Part shown: piece after piece, positions 35,711-45,800 of the stretch
Numbering within the stretch: position 1 is the stretch's first letter
Layout of the letters: every line of letters starts with the position of its first letter
Source of the DNA: Cyanophora paradoxa CCMP329
Lineage: Eukaryota; Plantae; Glaucophyta
DNA: 64,000 nucleotides
Direction: 5' to 3'
Assembly: GCA_004431415.1 (NCBI GenBank)
Contig: QPMI01000522.1
Span: forward strand, 186,001 to 250,000
Made by a program: the position numbers and the translations under genes
Notes under the pieces: generated by a model
Database searches by the model: none
The model's input: the letters and a program-made list of their open reading frames with translations, nothing else
Told to the model about the DNA's origin: nothing

Positions 35711-36556
35711 TTAATCGGTGATCACTTCGAGCTGGAACGAGTATGAGAGACCGTTTATATCCGCAACAGAGCCCCGCCATTTTCGAAGCGAAATTGTGAG
35801 ACGATCTAAATCGAGTTGCGATGTGACATTTACGAAAGGGATGCTTGCGCTCGGTTCGTGGTAAAAGGAATATCTACCAAAGTCCGAGTTCATCTGAATT
35901 CGCAATAGATAGGAGTCGTCGAAATTGTTCTGTCTCCCAGTAACCGCTGCGAATTTGGTAAACGGGCGGAGCTCTTCGATATCAAGGTAAATATATGGAA
36001 TTGCATTAAAGTCGACCATTTTCGGGCATATAATCGCGTAGCGACTGGGGTAATCTCTGAGTGGAACCGGCACTGGTTCTGGTGTGCTGGCGTAAACCAC
36101 TCCGGGTTCTATGCCGAGACAGTCACAGAACTCCTGGTCTGAGGACTCTAATGTAAAAGGGCTATTCGGAGATGAGAACACGAAGCGGTTCGTAGACAGA
36201 GCGAGAGAATAGGAAACCGGGAAGAGACCGAGAGGATTAAAAGAACCGCCTGAAAAACCGAGTAAAGCATCACTGTTTAAAGCTCTCTCTTTCGGATATC
36301 GTTCGTTATCAGCATCGACGTAATAATAATCGTTTACGCTGGGAATCGGTGCTATCATTTTGGATGCGGGGATTACTGTGGGCTCTTCGTTCAAAAGCGT
36401 TATAGTTATTGTCTGATCGGGCGGAACAACATAAGAGCTATTGGGAATCTCAGCTGATAGCACACGAAATCGCCTTACATTATTAAGGCGCGTTTTCAAG
36501 TGCAGCACGCCATTTTCAAGGTCTCTACTGTCGCAATTTATTGTTATTCTTTTCAT
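35711..36556 (-). CDS. Minor capsid protein (penton) 1
   Basis: DSRD...NNVRRFRVLSAEIPNS...YIYLDIEEL...LDRLTISLR..RG..ADING...SFQLEV penton pattern. Confidence 0.8.
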   Translation of the reverse strand: MKRITINCDSRDLENGVLHLKTRLNNVRRFRVLSAEIPNSSYVVPPDQTITITLLNEEPTVIPASKMIAPIPSVNDYYYVDADNERYPKERALNSDALLGFSGGSFNPLGLFPVSYSLALSTNRFVFSSPNSPFTLESSDQEFCDCLGIEPGVVYASTPEPVPVPLRDYPSRYAIICPKMVDFNAIPYIYLDIEELRPFTKFAAVTGRQNNFDDSYLLRIQMNSDFGRYSFYHEPSASIPFVNVTSQLDLDRLTISLRKWRGSVADINGLSYSFQLEVITD

Positions 36557-36572
36557 AATCTATTATAGTAAG

Positions 36573-37499
36573 ATGAAAGAATACCTGAGCTTTTCGAGCG
36601 ATGATCGCGATGAGGAGTTTACTCAGCCAAACCAGTATGTAGTGACATTACCCCGTCGCTATGACAACGTAAAATCTGTGCGCCTGGTGCAGGCAACGGT
36701 TCCCAATGTTCTTTCGACCGTGACAAACGATATAGACGCGACTGGTGCAACCATCGAGCGCATGGAACTCTATTTCTCGGTCACAGCTTCGGATTCCGGA
36801 TTCGTGACCATCACAATCCCCAAAGGATTTTACACCAAAGACGACCTTGCCGCAAAAGTCACAGAAAGACTCGAAGCAGCTCGCCTTTCAGATTTCGGTG
36901 GAAAATATATTAAATGCCGCTATAATACTACTTCAAAGATCTATGAGTTTTTCAGTGATAGTAACTTTTGGTTCAAGTTCTCCAAAGCTTCCCCTGAAAC
37001 ACTCAGAAAATCCAGTAATCGCAAAGCAATCGCTAAGAAACTCGCAATATTCGGTTTCAAAGATATTCAGCTATATGTTTACGAGACATTTACCCCTTTT
37101 GCAAGCGATACATTCCTTGTGTTTAATCCTGGGACGGGAACTGTGACACTCAATCGACGCATTCGCGGCTATACTCGTGGAGATGAGACCCCGGCGGCGA
37201 TGATCTGGCTATATATTGATGAATTTGCGCCGTTTATTCGCTCAGTCAACAAGCACGTCGATGGTTATTTCATGCGCATTCCAATCCCACAGGAACTCGA
37301 ACATGGTGATATCTACCACTTCGACACGTCCACTACGGTGCCTCTCATTCGTGAATTCCGCGAATTAAAATCTTTCGACCGCCTCACGATTAAACTCATC
37401 GACCATGATGGCGCTCTCTTAGATTTCGGGGTTTGGGCGCATTATTTCACTTTTGAAATCGAAACCTACGACGCACCGCCCGAAATGAATTTCTATTGA
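36573..37499 (+). CDS. Minor capsid protein (penton) 2
   Basis: SSDDRD...YVVTLP..YDNVKSVRLV...IPKGFYT...FDRLTIKLIDHDG.LLDF...FTFEI. Confidence 0.82.
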   Translation: MKEYLSFSSDDRDEEFTQPNQYVVTLPRRYDNVKSVRLVQATVPNVLSTVTNDIDATGATIERMELYFSVTASDSGFVTITIPKGFYTKDDLAAKVTERLEAARLSDFGGKYIKCRYNTTSKIYEFFSDSNFWFKFSKASPETLRKSSNRKAIAKKLAIFGFKDIQLYVYETFTPFASDTFLVFNPGTGTVTLNRRIRGYTRGDETPAAMIWLYIDEFAPFIRSVNKHVDGYFMRIPIPQELEHGDIYHFDTSTTVPLIREFRELKSFDRLTIKLIDHDGALLDFGVWAHYFTFEIETYDAPPEMNFY

Positions 37500-37546
37500 G
37501 CCCTGTAAATTATTTTCTGATCCCAAAGATAAGAGAAGAAACGCTC

Positions 37547-38860
37547 ATGGAGACTAACAGCCAATTCCAGCGCCCAACGCTGAAATCTATGCTCACCACC
37601 GATGACTACAAGGATTATTTCCTAAACAAGTCGCTGGTCATTGGAACGTCCTCTGGCACTAAGCCACTTCGAGTTCTGGTCGCCCCCGACACTGAGCCAC
37701 CCAGCGCTCTCGGCAACCGAGTTGTCTTCAAAATCCCCCGCTACCATTTCCTGAATGGTCTCGCGCTGCAACTCGATCTTAACCCGATCACCCTCACTGA
37801 TCTCACGAATGGTGTCGCTGGAACTACTGGCTACCTTCGCGTTATTGGATCGCTAATTAAGCGCATTGAAATCTCTCACGCTTCATTCCGCTATGTTGTC
37901 CCAGAGGATTTCGTCACCCAGTATTTTCTACTGATGACCGAACAGGGCGAACTCGATAAGAAACTTCGCTATGTGGGTGGTCTTGTCGGAACCGCTGGTA
38001 ACACTGTCGGTGGAACCTACGAAATCGATTTACCCTCTCCTTTCGAGAAGGCGATGTTCCCACTTTGCGCTCTGAACTCTGAGATCGTGGTCGAAATCGA
38101 ATTCAAGGCGATTGGTGATGGTATCATTGAGGATGTAAACAATGTTGGCAATATTTCGGTCGTAAACAGTGGTGCTTCCCTTCAAGTGCTGAAACCCCGC
38201 ATTATCTGCAAGGTCGTAAATGCCGATGAGGCGGTTGTATCTGAGACCATTGCCCGTGTTAAATCGACTGGCATCGCGATCCCCTACAACGAAATCGGTT
38301 TCCTCCACACAGATTTCCAGCCGACCGCCTCCGGTTCGCGAGTCAATCTCTCGCAACTCACAGGTGCGGGTCTCATCCACACTCTCGTATTCTCTGTGCG
38401 CCAAAACGCGAAGACGAAGGTGAACAACGGAACTCTCTCGGTTCTGGCTCCTCGTGCACTCCGAACCAACGCTGTGAACTTCTATGTGGAACTCAACAAT
38501 AACCGCCTTTACTCGAATACTTCGCTTCCTCTCATGATTGCCGCGACCGAACTTCAAGATAAATATAATTCGGCGATCTTTACCGAGAGCACAAGCTACC
38601 CCGCTCTCACTGGCATTTACTTCGGTGCTGGAAACGGAAAGGCGTCGCTTCTCAACCAAGAGAACACGGGCTACATCGATGCCACAGGCACATCGGCGTT
38701 CGATCTGGTCTTCGAATTCAATGGTGTCACAGCCGGTGGAGTCGGTAATGAGGAGTGGTATGCGGGTGCCGCTTATCAGAAGATGCAAATTCAGTGCATT
38801 GCCCTCGCTCATAACATAATGATAATTACCGCCGACGGAATCCGAAGAGTATCCGCATGA
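37547..38860 (+). CDS. Major capsid protein (double jelly-roll, PLV type, 437 aa)
   Basis: VVFKIPR..FL..L.L, LIKRIEI, IDLPSPF...FPLCAL..EIVVEIEF, C-terminal ALAHNIMII..DG; lies between penton and ATPase. Confidence 0.85.
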   Translation: METNSQFQRPTLKSMLTTDDYKDYFLNKSLVIGTSSGTKPLRVLVAPDTEPPSALGNRVVFKIPRYHFLNGLALQLDLNPITLTDLTNGVAGTTGYLRVIGSLIKRIEISHASFRYVVPEDFVTQYFLLMTEQGELDKKLRYVGGLVGTAGNTVGGTYEIDLPSPFEKAMFPLCALNSEIVVEIEFKAIGDGIIEDVNNVGNISVVNSGASLQVLKPRIICKVVNADEAVVSETIARVKSTGIAIPYNEIGFLHTDFQPTASGSRVNLSQLTGAGLIHTLVFSVRQNAKTKVNNGTLSVLAPRALRTNAVNFYVELNNNRLYSNTSLPLMIAATELQDKYNSAIFTESTSYPALTGIYFGAGNGKASLLNQENTGYIDATGTSAFDLVFEFNGVTAGGVGNEEWYAGAAYQKMQIQCIALAHNIMIITADGIRRVSA

Positions 38861-38975
38861 TTACCATATTCAGTCTCATTTTTACAACATTTTCATCGTT
38901 TTGGAAATTTCCAGTAAGAGATACCCACAAAAAGCATTTAAAGACAAGCCAACAATCAGTATATTAAGAAACAAG

Positions 38976-39923
38976 ATGACTCCCGCTCTGACTCACGATC
39001 AATTCGTATCTCGGTCTCAGGAAAGATTCCCAGGTAAATTTGCATATGAGAAGGCGAAGTATAAAACATACTGCTTTGACAAGGTCACTTTGATTTGTCT
39101 GACATGTAACACAGAATTCGAATGTCTGCCTTCAAACCATTTGAAAAAAGGTGGATATGGAGGATGTCCCCAATGTTGCAAGGACATGCTCCACAAAGAA
39201 AGAGCCACTCCAAAAGACGTGTTTTTGGAACAGGCTCGATCAGCTCATGGAGACCTATATGATTATGACTTGACGAATTACAGAAACTGTCGTTCTAAGA
39301 TTTCTATTCACTGCAAACAGTGCGGGCACGACTTTGAGAAGACTGTGTGTGAGGTTGTGCGAAGCGAAGGATGCCCGAAATGTAGTTTCCAAGCGAAATG
39401 CAAGAAAAGAAGTAAGCCACTCGATATATTTTTGAACGAAGTCAGTGAAGTTCATGGAGATCTTTATGACTATTCAGAGACAGAATACACAAACAAACGC
39501 ACACCAGTTACCATTAAATGCAAGAAATGTAGCTCAAAGTTTTCATGCCTACCACAGAATCATCTACGGGGGACTGGTTGCCCCCGCTGCAAATTTTCGA
39601 AAGGAGAAATTGCCGTTGAACAAGTCTTGAAGTCTTTGGAGCTTACATTTAAACAACAGCACCGTTTTGCGAACTGCAAAAATAAAAACACGCTACCTTT
39701 CGACTTTTACATTCCTTCATTGAAGATTGCAATCGAGTATGATGGGCGCTTGCATTATGAGCCGGTCGATCACTTTGGGGGTCAGGAAAGATTAGATACG
39801 ATTCGGCTTCACGATGGAATAAAGAACCGCTACTGCGAAGCTAACAATATTAAGCTCCTCCGCATACCATACACTGAAACTGATATTAAAGGTTGCATTG
39901 AGCGCTTCCTCTCATCGCTCTAA
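38976..39923 (+). CDS. Zn-ribbon-repeat endonuclease (DUF723-like repeats + PD-(D/E)xK/DUF559-like nuclease)
   Basis: Three HGD.YDY...VTI.C..C...F....NHL.G.GCP.C-type repeats; SKGE...LPFDFYIP...AIEYDG..H. Confidence 0.85.
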   Translation: MTPALTHDQFVSRSQERFPGKFAYEKAKYKTYCFDKVTLICLTCNTEFECLPSNHLKKGGYGGCPQCCKDMLHKERATPKDVFLEQARSAHGDLYDYDLTNYRNCRSKISIHCKQCGHDFEKTVCEVVRSEGCPKCSFQAKCKKRSKPLDIFLNEVSEVHGDLYDYSETEYTNKRTPVTIKCKKCSSKFSCLPQNHLRGTGCPRCKFSKGEIAVEQVLKSLELTFKQQHRFANCKNKNTLPFDFYIPSLKIAIEYDGRLHYEPVDHFGGQERLDTIRLHDGIKNRYCEANNIKLLRIPYTETDIKGCIERFLSSL

Positions 39924-39968
39924 TTACCACAGTCAGTCTTATTTTTCTATTGTTTTTATAGTGAAAGA

Positions 39969-40835
39969 ATGCAAAAAGGGACAACGCCCATGGATCTCGA
40001 AGAATGGAACCCGAAACAGAGGGTGAAACTTCCCGCACGATTTCTCCTATTGGCGAAAACCAATTGTGGTAAATCGGTATTCTTAAAGTGGCTGATCAAA
40101 GAACTCGAAGACCAGATCTCGTATGTTCTGGTTTTCTGTCCTACGAGTTTTAACGGTTTCTGGGGTCAAATAACAGATGAAGTGCATGATACCTGGAAAC
40201 CGGAATACGTAGAGTCGATCATAGAAGCCCGCAAAAAGGCTATCATTGCGGGTAAGAAACCAAAGAATATTCTTATCGTGCTCGACGATTGTTTGGAGTC
40301 CGGAACTATCGATCTTTCGCGCGATCATTTGCTAAATAAATTGATGGCGCAAGGTCGTCATACGTTTTGTAGCGTCGCTTTAATATCGCAGAAATTAACA
40401 AAGCTGTCAACTATCATTCGCAGTAATGCGGAGTATATCATATTCCTCAGCTGGTCAAACATGCGAGAGTTCGAAGCATATCACGAGGAATTCGGCAACA
40501 TGGATAAGGAGAGTTTCAAACGTATGTTCCAAGAGTTTTGTCATAGCTACCAAGCGATCATTCACGATAATACCGGGTATTCTGTGCGATGGTGGGTCGA
40601 AAAAGCCGATATGATCGATGACCATCCGTTTACTAAATTCCACAAGCGGGCGGCTTTTGAAGAAAAGAAGCGCAAACAACAAGAGGAGCAAGCGACAAAA
40701 CCGCCGCCTGTCAAAGATTCGACAACTGTCTGTCGAACTTTATCCAAATTTGAGCGTGAGCTTGAAGGTATCCCAAAACTTTCGCAAATTTCGCCTAAGA
40801 AAAAGAAAATGTTAATCAAATGTAAGAGAAGATAA
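39969..40835 (+). CDS. A32-like genome packaging ATPase
   Basis: Walker A AKTNCGKS, Walker B ILIVLDD, GRH...ISQ, IRSNAEY. Confidence 0.92.
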   Translation: MQKGTTPMDLEEWNPKQRVKLPARFLLLAKTNCGKSVFLKWLIKELEDQISYVLVFCPTSFNGFWGQITDEVHDTWKPEYVESIIEARKKAIIAGKKPKNILIVLDDCLESGTIDLSRDHLLNKLMAQGRHTFCSVALISQKLTKLSTIIRSNAEYIIFLSWSNMREFEAYHEEFGNMDKESFKRMFQEFCHSYQAIIHDNTGYSVRWWVEKADMIDDHPFTKFHKRAAFEEKKRKQQEEQATKPPPVKDSTTVCRTLSKFERELEGIPKLSQISPKKKKMLIKCKRR

Positions 40836-40837
40836 TC

Positions 40838-41521
40838 ATGGTCTACCGAAAGAAGCCTCAAACCATTCAAACTGTCGCTTCTGGTAATCCTAATCGCGGA
40901 CTTGAAGAGTCTGGGTTAACGTCGGGTGGCGGTCTCGAAATGCCCGAATATCTTATAGACACTTCGCCAGAGGAGGTCGCCAAGCAAGAGGCGATTATTG
41001 CGAGTGCCACCGCGGACAAGGGAAACCAAGATAGCGGTAAACGCCAAATGGACGATTTAGCTACTGTAAAACCACAGATTGGAGGCGGCTCTGTTGATGA
41101 AGCAACCGACAAAGTACTAAAAGCGCAAGTTGTTGCAAGCCAACACAAAACGCAAGACGTCCCGAAAGCCGCCGAAACCGAGCTTAAAAAGCGCGGATCC
41201 TATCAAAAACACACGGTTCCTGTCGACGTTGTCATGAGCTTCGAAGAGAAAGTGCGAGACCTTGAAACGAAAGTCTCTAACTACGAGAAATGGATGCAAG
41301 ATTATAACGAACGCAAGAAATTAAAGGGGCTCGTGAAGAAAGAGATCTCCAAACTCGGATTAAAGCAAAAAGTCGACGTAGAGGAGATTAAAAAGGAGGA
41401 AAAGACAGATGCGCAAGCCGTAACTCGTCAGCAATCGGTCGCCCCGCAATATGCACATATTGTGCCGACCGCACCCGTGAATTATGCCGCAATGCTCGGT
41501 GGTAAACGCCATATCCGCTAA
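40838..41521 (+). CDS. Hypothetical coiled-coil protein
   Basis: 227-aa ORF 2 bp after the ATPase stop; charged helical C-terminal half. Confidence 0.65.
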   Translation: MVYRKKPQTIQTVASGNPNRGLEESGLTSGGGLEMPEYLIDTSPEEVAKQEAIIASATADKGNQDSGKRQMDDLATVKPQIGGGSVDEATDKVLKAQVVASQHKTQDVPKAAETELKKRGSYQKHTVPVDVVMSFEEKVRDLETKVSNYEKWMQDYNERKKLKGLVKKEISKLGLKQKVDVEEIKKEEKTDAQAVTRQQSVAPQYAHIVPTAPVNYAAMLGGKRHIR

Positions 41522-41676
41522 TGACTGTGAATATCCGCAAGGCAAAGCTGAACCCGCCCGTATTTAGAGCGGGTCTTTATGTGGACTCCCTTGCAAAAGG
41601 GACAGGTCGGCTCCATAAACAGCATTATAAGGTCGACCAATTCGTAGGGGAACACACGAGCAAGTAAAGCCCTCAT
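41518..41676 (-). CDS. 52-aa micro-protein with F-box-like motif and CxxC (not in ORF track)
   Basis: MRALLARVFPYELVDLIMLFMEPTCPFCKGVHIKTRSKYGRVQLCLADIHSH*; fills the gap; A-rich leader AATAAAAGGGA-ATG. Confidence 0.55.
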   Translation of the reverse strand: MRALLARVFPYELVDLIMLFMEPTCPFCKGVHIKTRSKYGRVQLCLADIHSH

Positions 41677-41725
41677 TCCCTTTTATTTTCTCCGATATTT
41701 AATACGTTGCTTCCTTGTAGGGTCG

Positions 41726-42160
41726 ATGAATTTCATCACACAATGCATCGAAATGTTTCATTTACATTTCACAAGCACGTGCCACAACTCCTGCTGCGAC
41801 ACAACCGTAGAGGTTAATATTTCTGACGACGAGAATGGAGGTAGGCGCCTTTCTGTATATTCTAACCACAGCGACAATCACAACCACCCAAGATCTCGAT
41901 CGCCCTCGCCTGTGCCCGCGGCTATGAGTTCCAATATCGAAACCGCTCAGATAGAGGACGTGCATGTAGAGCATATTAGAAGGCGCTCATGTCCTGAGTT
42001 TGTAGAAGGTCATTTGCGCGCTGACTCCCCTTATCCGATGTATAGATTGGATCAAATGGCATTAGGCGACGATGAAAATGTAACGAACCCTTATGTTTAT
42101 CCTCAGCAACCTTATGTATATCCTCAGCAACAAGAAAGAACCGTCTGGAACGGTTATTGA
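41726..42160 (+). CDS. Hypothetical protein
   Basis: 144-aa ORF preceded by the TATTTTCTCCG motif; PYVYPQQ repeat. Confidence 0.55.
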   Translation: MNFITQCIEMFHLHFTSTCHNSCCDTTVEVNISDDENGGRRLSVYSNHSDNHNHPRSRSPSPVPAAMSSNIETAQIEDVHVEHIRRRSCPEFVEGHLRADSPYPMYRLDQMALGDDENVTNPYVYPQQPYVYPQQQERTVWNGY

Positions 42161-42284
42161 GCGGTGAATTTCGGTGGCGCTTGTATCGAGCCAAGGGCAA
42201 AAATTGAAGGTTTCGGTAAAAGGTATATAAGGGCAAGGGAAATAATACAGAGTGACAAAAAACTATTTTCTCCGGTTATAGTAA

Positions 42285-42698
42285 ATGGCGAAACCCAAGA
42301 TTTCAAACCAAGAGGCAATGGCGGCACAGCAAGAAAAGCGCAGACCAGGGCGACCGAAGAAGGTGATCACAGAAGAGGAGAAAGCGGAGAGATTAAGACT
42401 AAAACGCGAGAAAGATGCAGAGCGGCAGCGAAACAAGCATCAGAGACAAAAGCAAGAGCGATTAGCCGCCGGAGAGGCTACTATATTCACACCGGAACAG
42501 CTACAAAAGATCGCAATTCGTAAACAGCAGCGATACCAAGACGATGAAGAGTATCGGGAGAAAATCCGAGAGAAGGCACGTGAATACCAACGAAGGAAAA
42601 GAGCGGAACGCAAGCTGAATCCGCCCGCTAAACCTCAGCCGCAAAAGCCCGCTGGGAGACCCCGAAAGCATGTCGTCGAGAACGCGAAAAATTCGTAG
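42285..42698 (+). CDS. Basic DNA-binding protein with two AT-hook-like motifs
   Basis: RRPGRPKK and KPAGRPRK flanking an R/K/E helix; AAAATTGA and TATTTTCTCCGG upstream. Confidence 0.7.
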   Translation: MAKPKISNQEAMAAQQEKRRPGRPKKVITEEEKAERLRLKREKDAERQRNKHQRQKQERLAAGEATIFTPEQLQKIAIRKQQRYQDDEEYREKIREKAREYQRRKRAERKLNPPAKPQPQKPAGRPRKHVVENAKNS

Positions 42699-42867
42699 CG
42701 GAAAGTATCCGTACGATGCAAAAAATGATTAATTTTTTACCTCCATTTTTATTCCCCGTATCGGTCAAAAAAGCACTTAAAGATTTGGCGACAAGGGTAT
42801 GAAAAGGAGAATTTGGTAGATTGCGCCGAAATTATTTTCTCCGGTTATTTTAAAAGAACTAATAGAG

Positions 42868-45800
42868 ATGCCGCGCGCAACCAACAGAATCGCTAACAAT
42901 GTTCGGGATGAAATTATCGGATACATTATGCAGGGATTGAGTCAGGATTTGCTAACCGAAGAACAGGCGCATTGGGCGATGCACAACACAATGAATCGGA
43001 AGCCCAAGCTCCAAACGCTGATCGACATTCGGGATACTCTGAATGGCATCATTAATCCCCGCGTTTTCCGCAGGGCAGAGCGGAAAGAAAAGCGTGCCGC
43101 TCGCACCCAAGTTAATATAGAAAAGCAAAAGCAAAAAGAACAAGAGGCGAAGCGTTTACAGCGCTTCGATCGCAAACGAGAACAGAAACGGGCGAAAGAA
43201 GCGAAACTCGAAGCGAAGCAGCAGAGAGGTAAACTAAAAGCGGTAGAGGATGCGATTAAACGCACTATTCTCGACCCAATCGCCGCATACGATCCGGAAA
43301 CTCTCGCAACAATTACGTTCAAGCTATGGGCGCCCGGATCCGGTGCTCGGTCGTCGGAGGTAATTGTTATTCCCGGAATTCCCGAATCAAATATGCCAGA
43401 CAGAACCTTTGTCACCTACCGCAATCTAAGAGAGACAGTTTCGGTGAGTGTGTTGCGAAGCTTTGCTCTGGCAAAAATCGATAGTGTGTATGGAATTCTC
43501 ACCGCTCAAAATCGTTATTATTCGGAAGAGAGAGATTCAATCTTCGATTTACTCGAAAACTACGATGAATTGAAGATTCGTCTGGGAACTTTCGGACAAG
43601 CATACGAGATGTTCTTCTTTAAGACACCACCAACCGAGGAACAGAAAAAACTACGCAAAGGTTTCGATGATTTTGGCGGCAGTATCGATGATGCCTTTAT
43701 AACTGTTCATGAGGTCGCGATCGATGGGGACGAAGGTGTCGAGGACGATGGAGCCGGCGCTATACCTGGCAATCGCTATGAGTTCCTGGATGAGGAGCTA
43801 ATGGACAGTATGCGATGCACCGCGATTATGAGCAAATTCACAGACTACACATTAAATCCAAACGCGTCTGAGTTCGAAGATATTATTGAGCTTCCCAAAT
43901 CATCGACATCTAACGCTTGCGGCTACGATATGATCATCTCCACATGGGGAGCGTCCATTAAGAAGTGTCAGGAGGCGCCAAAACCGCGATATACTGACTT
44001 AACTATGTCCTACGACGGTCTCTATAAATTCTTTCACGGTCGCGAACGCACACCTGGCGACTCTCTGGCTCTCACGCTCCGCCATATCGAGAAATTCTGT
44101 AAGAGAATTCAGACAGGCTTCCGCGTCTTTGATGTCGACGGAAAGTTAATACACAAATTCGCGGCGGAATCAATTAACAAAAACATCTTTCCCCGCAATA
44201 TTCACTTTATGATTCACAACAAGCACATCTATATATTCAACGATAACATCAAGTCGCTCGAAATGCGCATGGCAAAGATGGAGGTCGAAGAGCTCGATAA
44301 TCATGTTCCTAAGTCGAACTCTTCGTTAGCACTCTATAAAATTCCGACGTGTCTTACTCACGATATCTTCGCGCACACATCCAAGGATTTGTTAAAGATC
44401 ACGCAACTTAAACTATCGCCCGACGAGCGCAGTTTCATCCGCATTCTGTATACTGGGCGCGAAGGTCTGGAAGGTCTTCTATTTACGTTCCTGAAAATGC
44501 GATATGAACCCGCAGTGAAGCTAACACCATCGAAACAGATCGACAGCATCACATTCAAAGCTAATGGCTCGATGTTCTCTATCAAAGATCCACGCACAAC
44601 AGACCACTTTATTGAGCAAGATTTCGAAACAGAGGAGTATTATAATAAGGTCTGTGAAATCGGGAAGGGATTCCGCGAGTCGCTTCTAAATGCGACGAAT
44701 ATCTCACATTACAGCCCGAACATGCGCGAAATTCTCACGCACTACAAGCGATCCGCACTAAGTGGCTTTTTCTATAAGCCGAACCCGAAAGCCACCTACA
44801 CAGCTGTCGATATGGCGAAGTGCTACCCTTCGATACTGAAAGGCATGCAATATCTTCCGAAATACAATGTATTCGATGACTTCGTTCCCTTTAAAGCGGG
44901 AAGCGATATTCTCGAATACGCGATCTACTACGTGCGTGTCGTTGCGTTTGAGAGAGAGCAAGCAACTTTCGCAGACGACGAGGATATTGATTATGATGCC
45001 GCCATGTCTCGCAAGATTGATGGAATCGAAATTATACTGGATCGCGCATTTTCCGTGAGTGGTCGCTGTTATAATTTCATGACAGGCTACACTCTCTCCA
45101 TGCATTGGGCGGACGTAAAGGACAAGATAGAGATTATCGCGGTCGCGGAGCCTTCGCATTTGGTGCCCAATACGTCGATCGCTGAGATGCAAAAAGTGCT
45201 GTCAAGCGACATTCAAACCACAGATAAGAAGCACATTTTAGTGAAAGAGATCGGAATGCTCGGCAAATTCCAAGACTCGCAAACATCCACGAAAATGTTC
45301 TACAACCGTGCCGAGGCTGAGAGGTTCGCCCAAGAATGCGGAGGAACAGTAGAGGTGTTTACTTTCAATCCTAAGAATTCGAAACGTGTCAAAACTCTTA
45401 GCGAATTCGAAGGTCACATCTATTTCGTTAAGATCAGCTCCCACCGCGAGCTCGTTAACGGATTCCTTCCTATCCACTTTCATATTTACGATCGCAACCG
45501 TGCTAATATGTTTGCGCAATACAAGCGCCTGACAGCGCGCGGGCACAAGGTTGCCGGGATCAGAACGGATTGCCTATATATCGAAGGTTCATGGACAAGT
45601 AAGAAAGAGTTCGACCGAAATGCGTTTGAGAACATGGGCAAATTCAGCTATATTCCCGGGAAAAGATGCCCTGAGAATGCACTCCGCCCACCACGGGGTG
45701 TAACTCTCGAATTTCAGGATCCCGAGACACTCATTAACCGGTTCTCGCTGAGGGACGAATTTAATCCGGAGTGCTTTAATTGGGTTGCGGAGCTCCATAA

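Noticed and set aside
38030-38812. 260-aa ORF antisense to the MCP
   Set aside because: Shadow ORF arising from MCP codon bias; no motifs
41522-41690. Possible structured ncRNA, IRES or ribozyme (GCAA-capped hairpins, potential pseudoknots)
   Set aside because: No recognisable family consensus; the opposite strand is a clean 52-codon ORF with a protein motif, which explains the interval more simply
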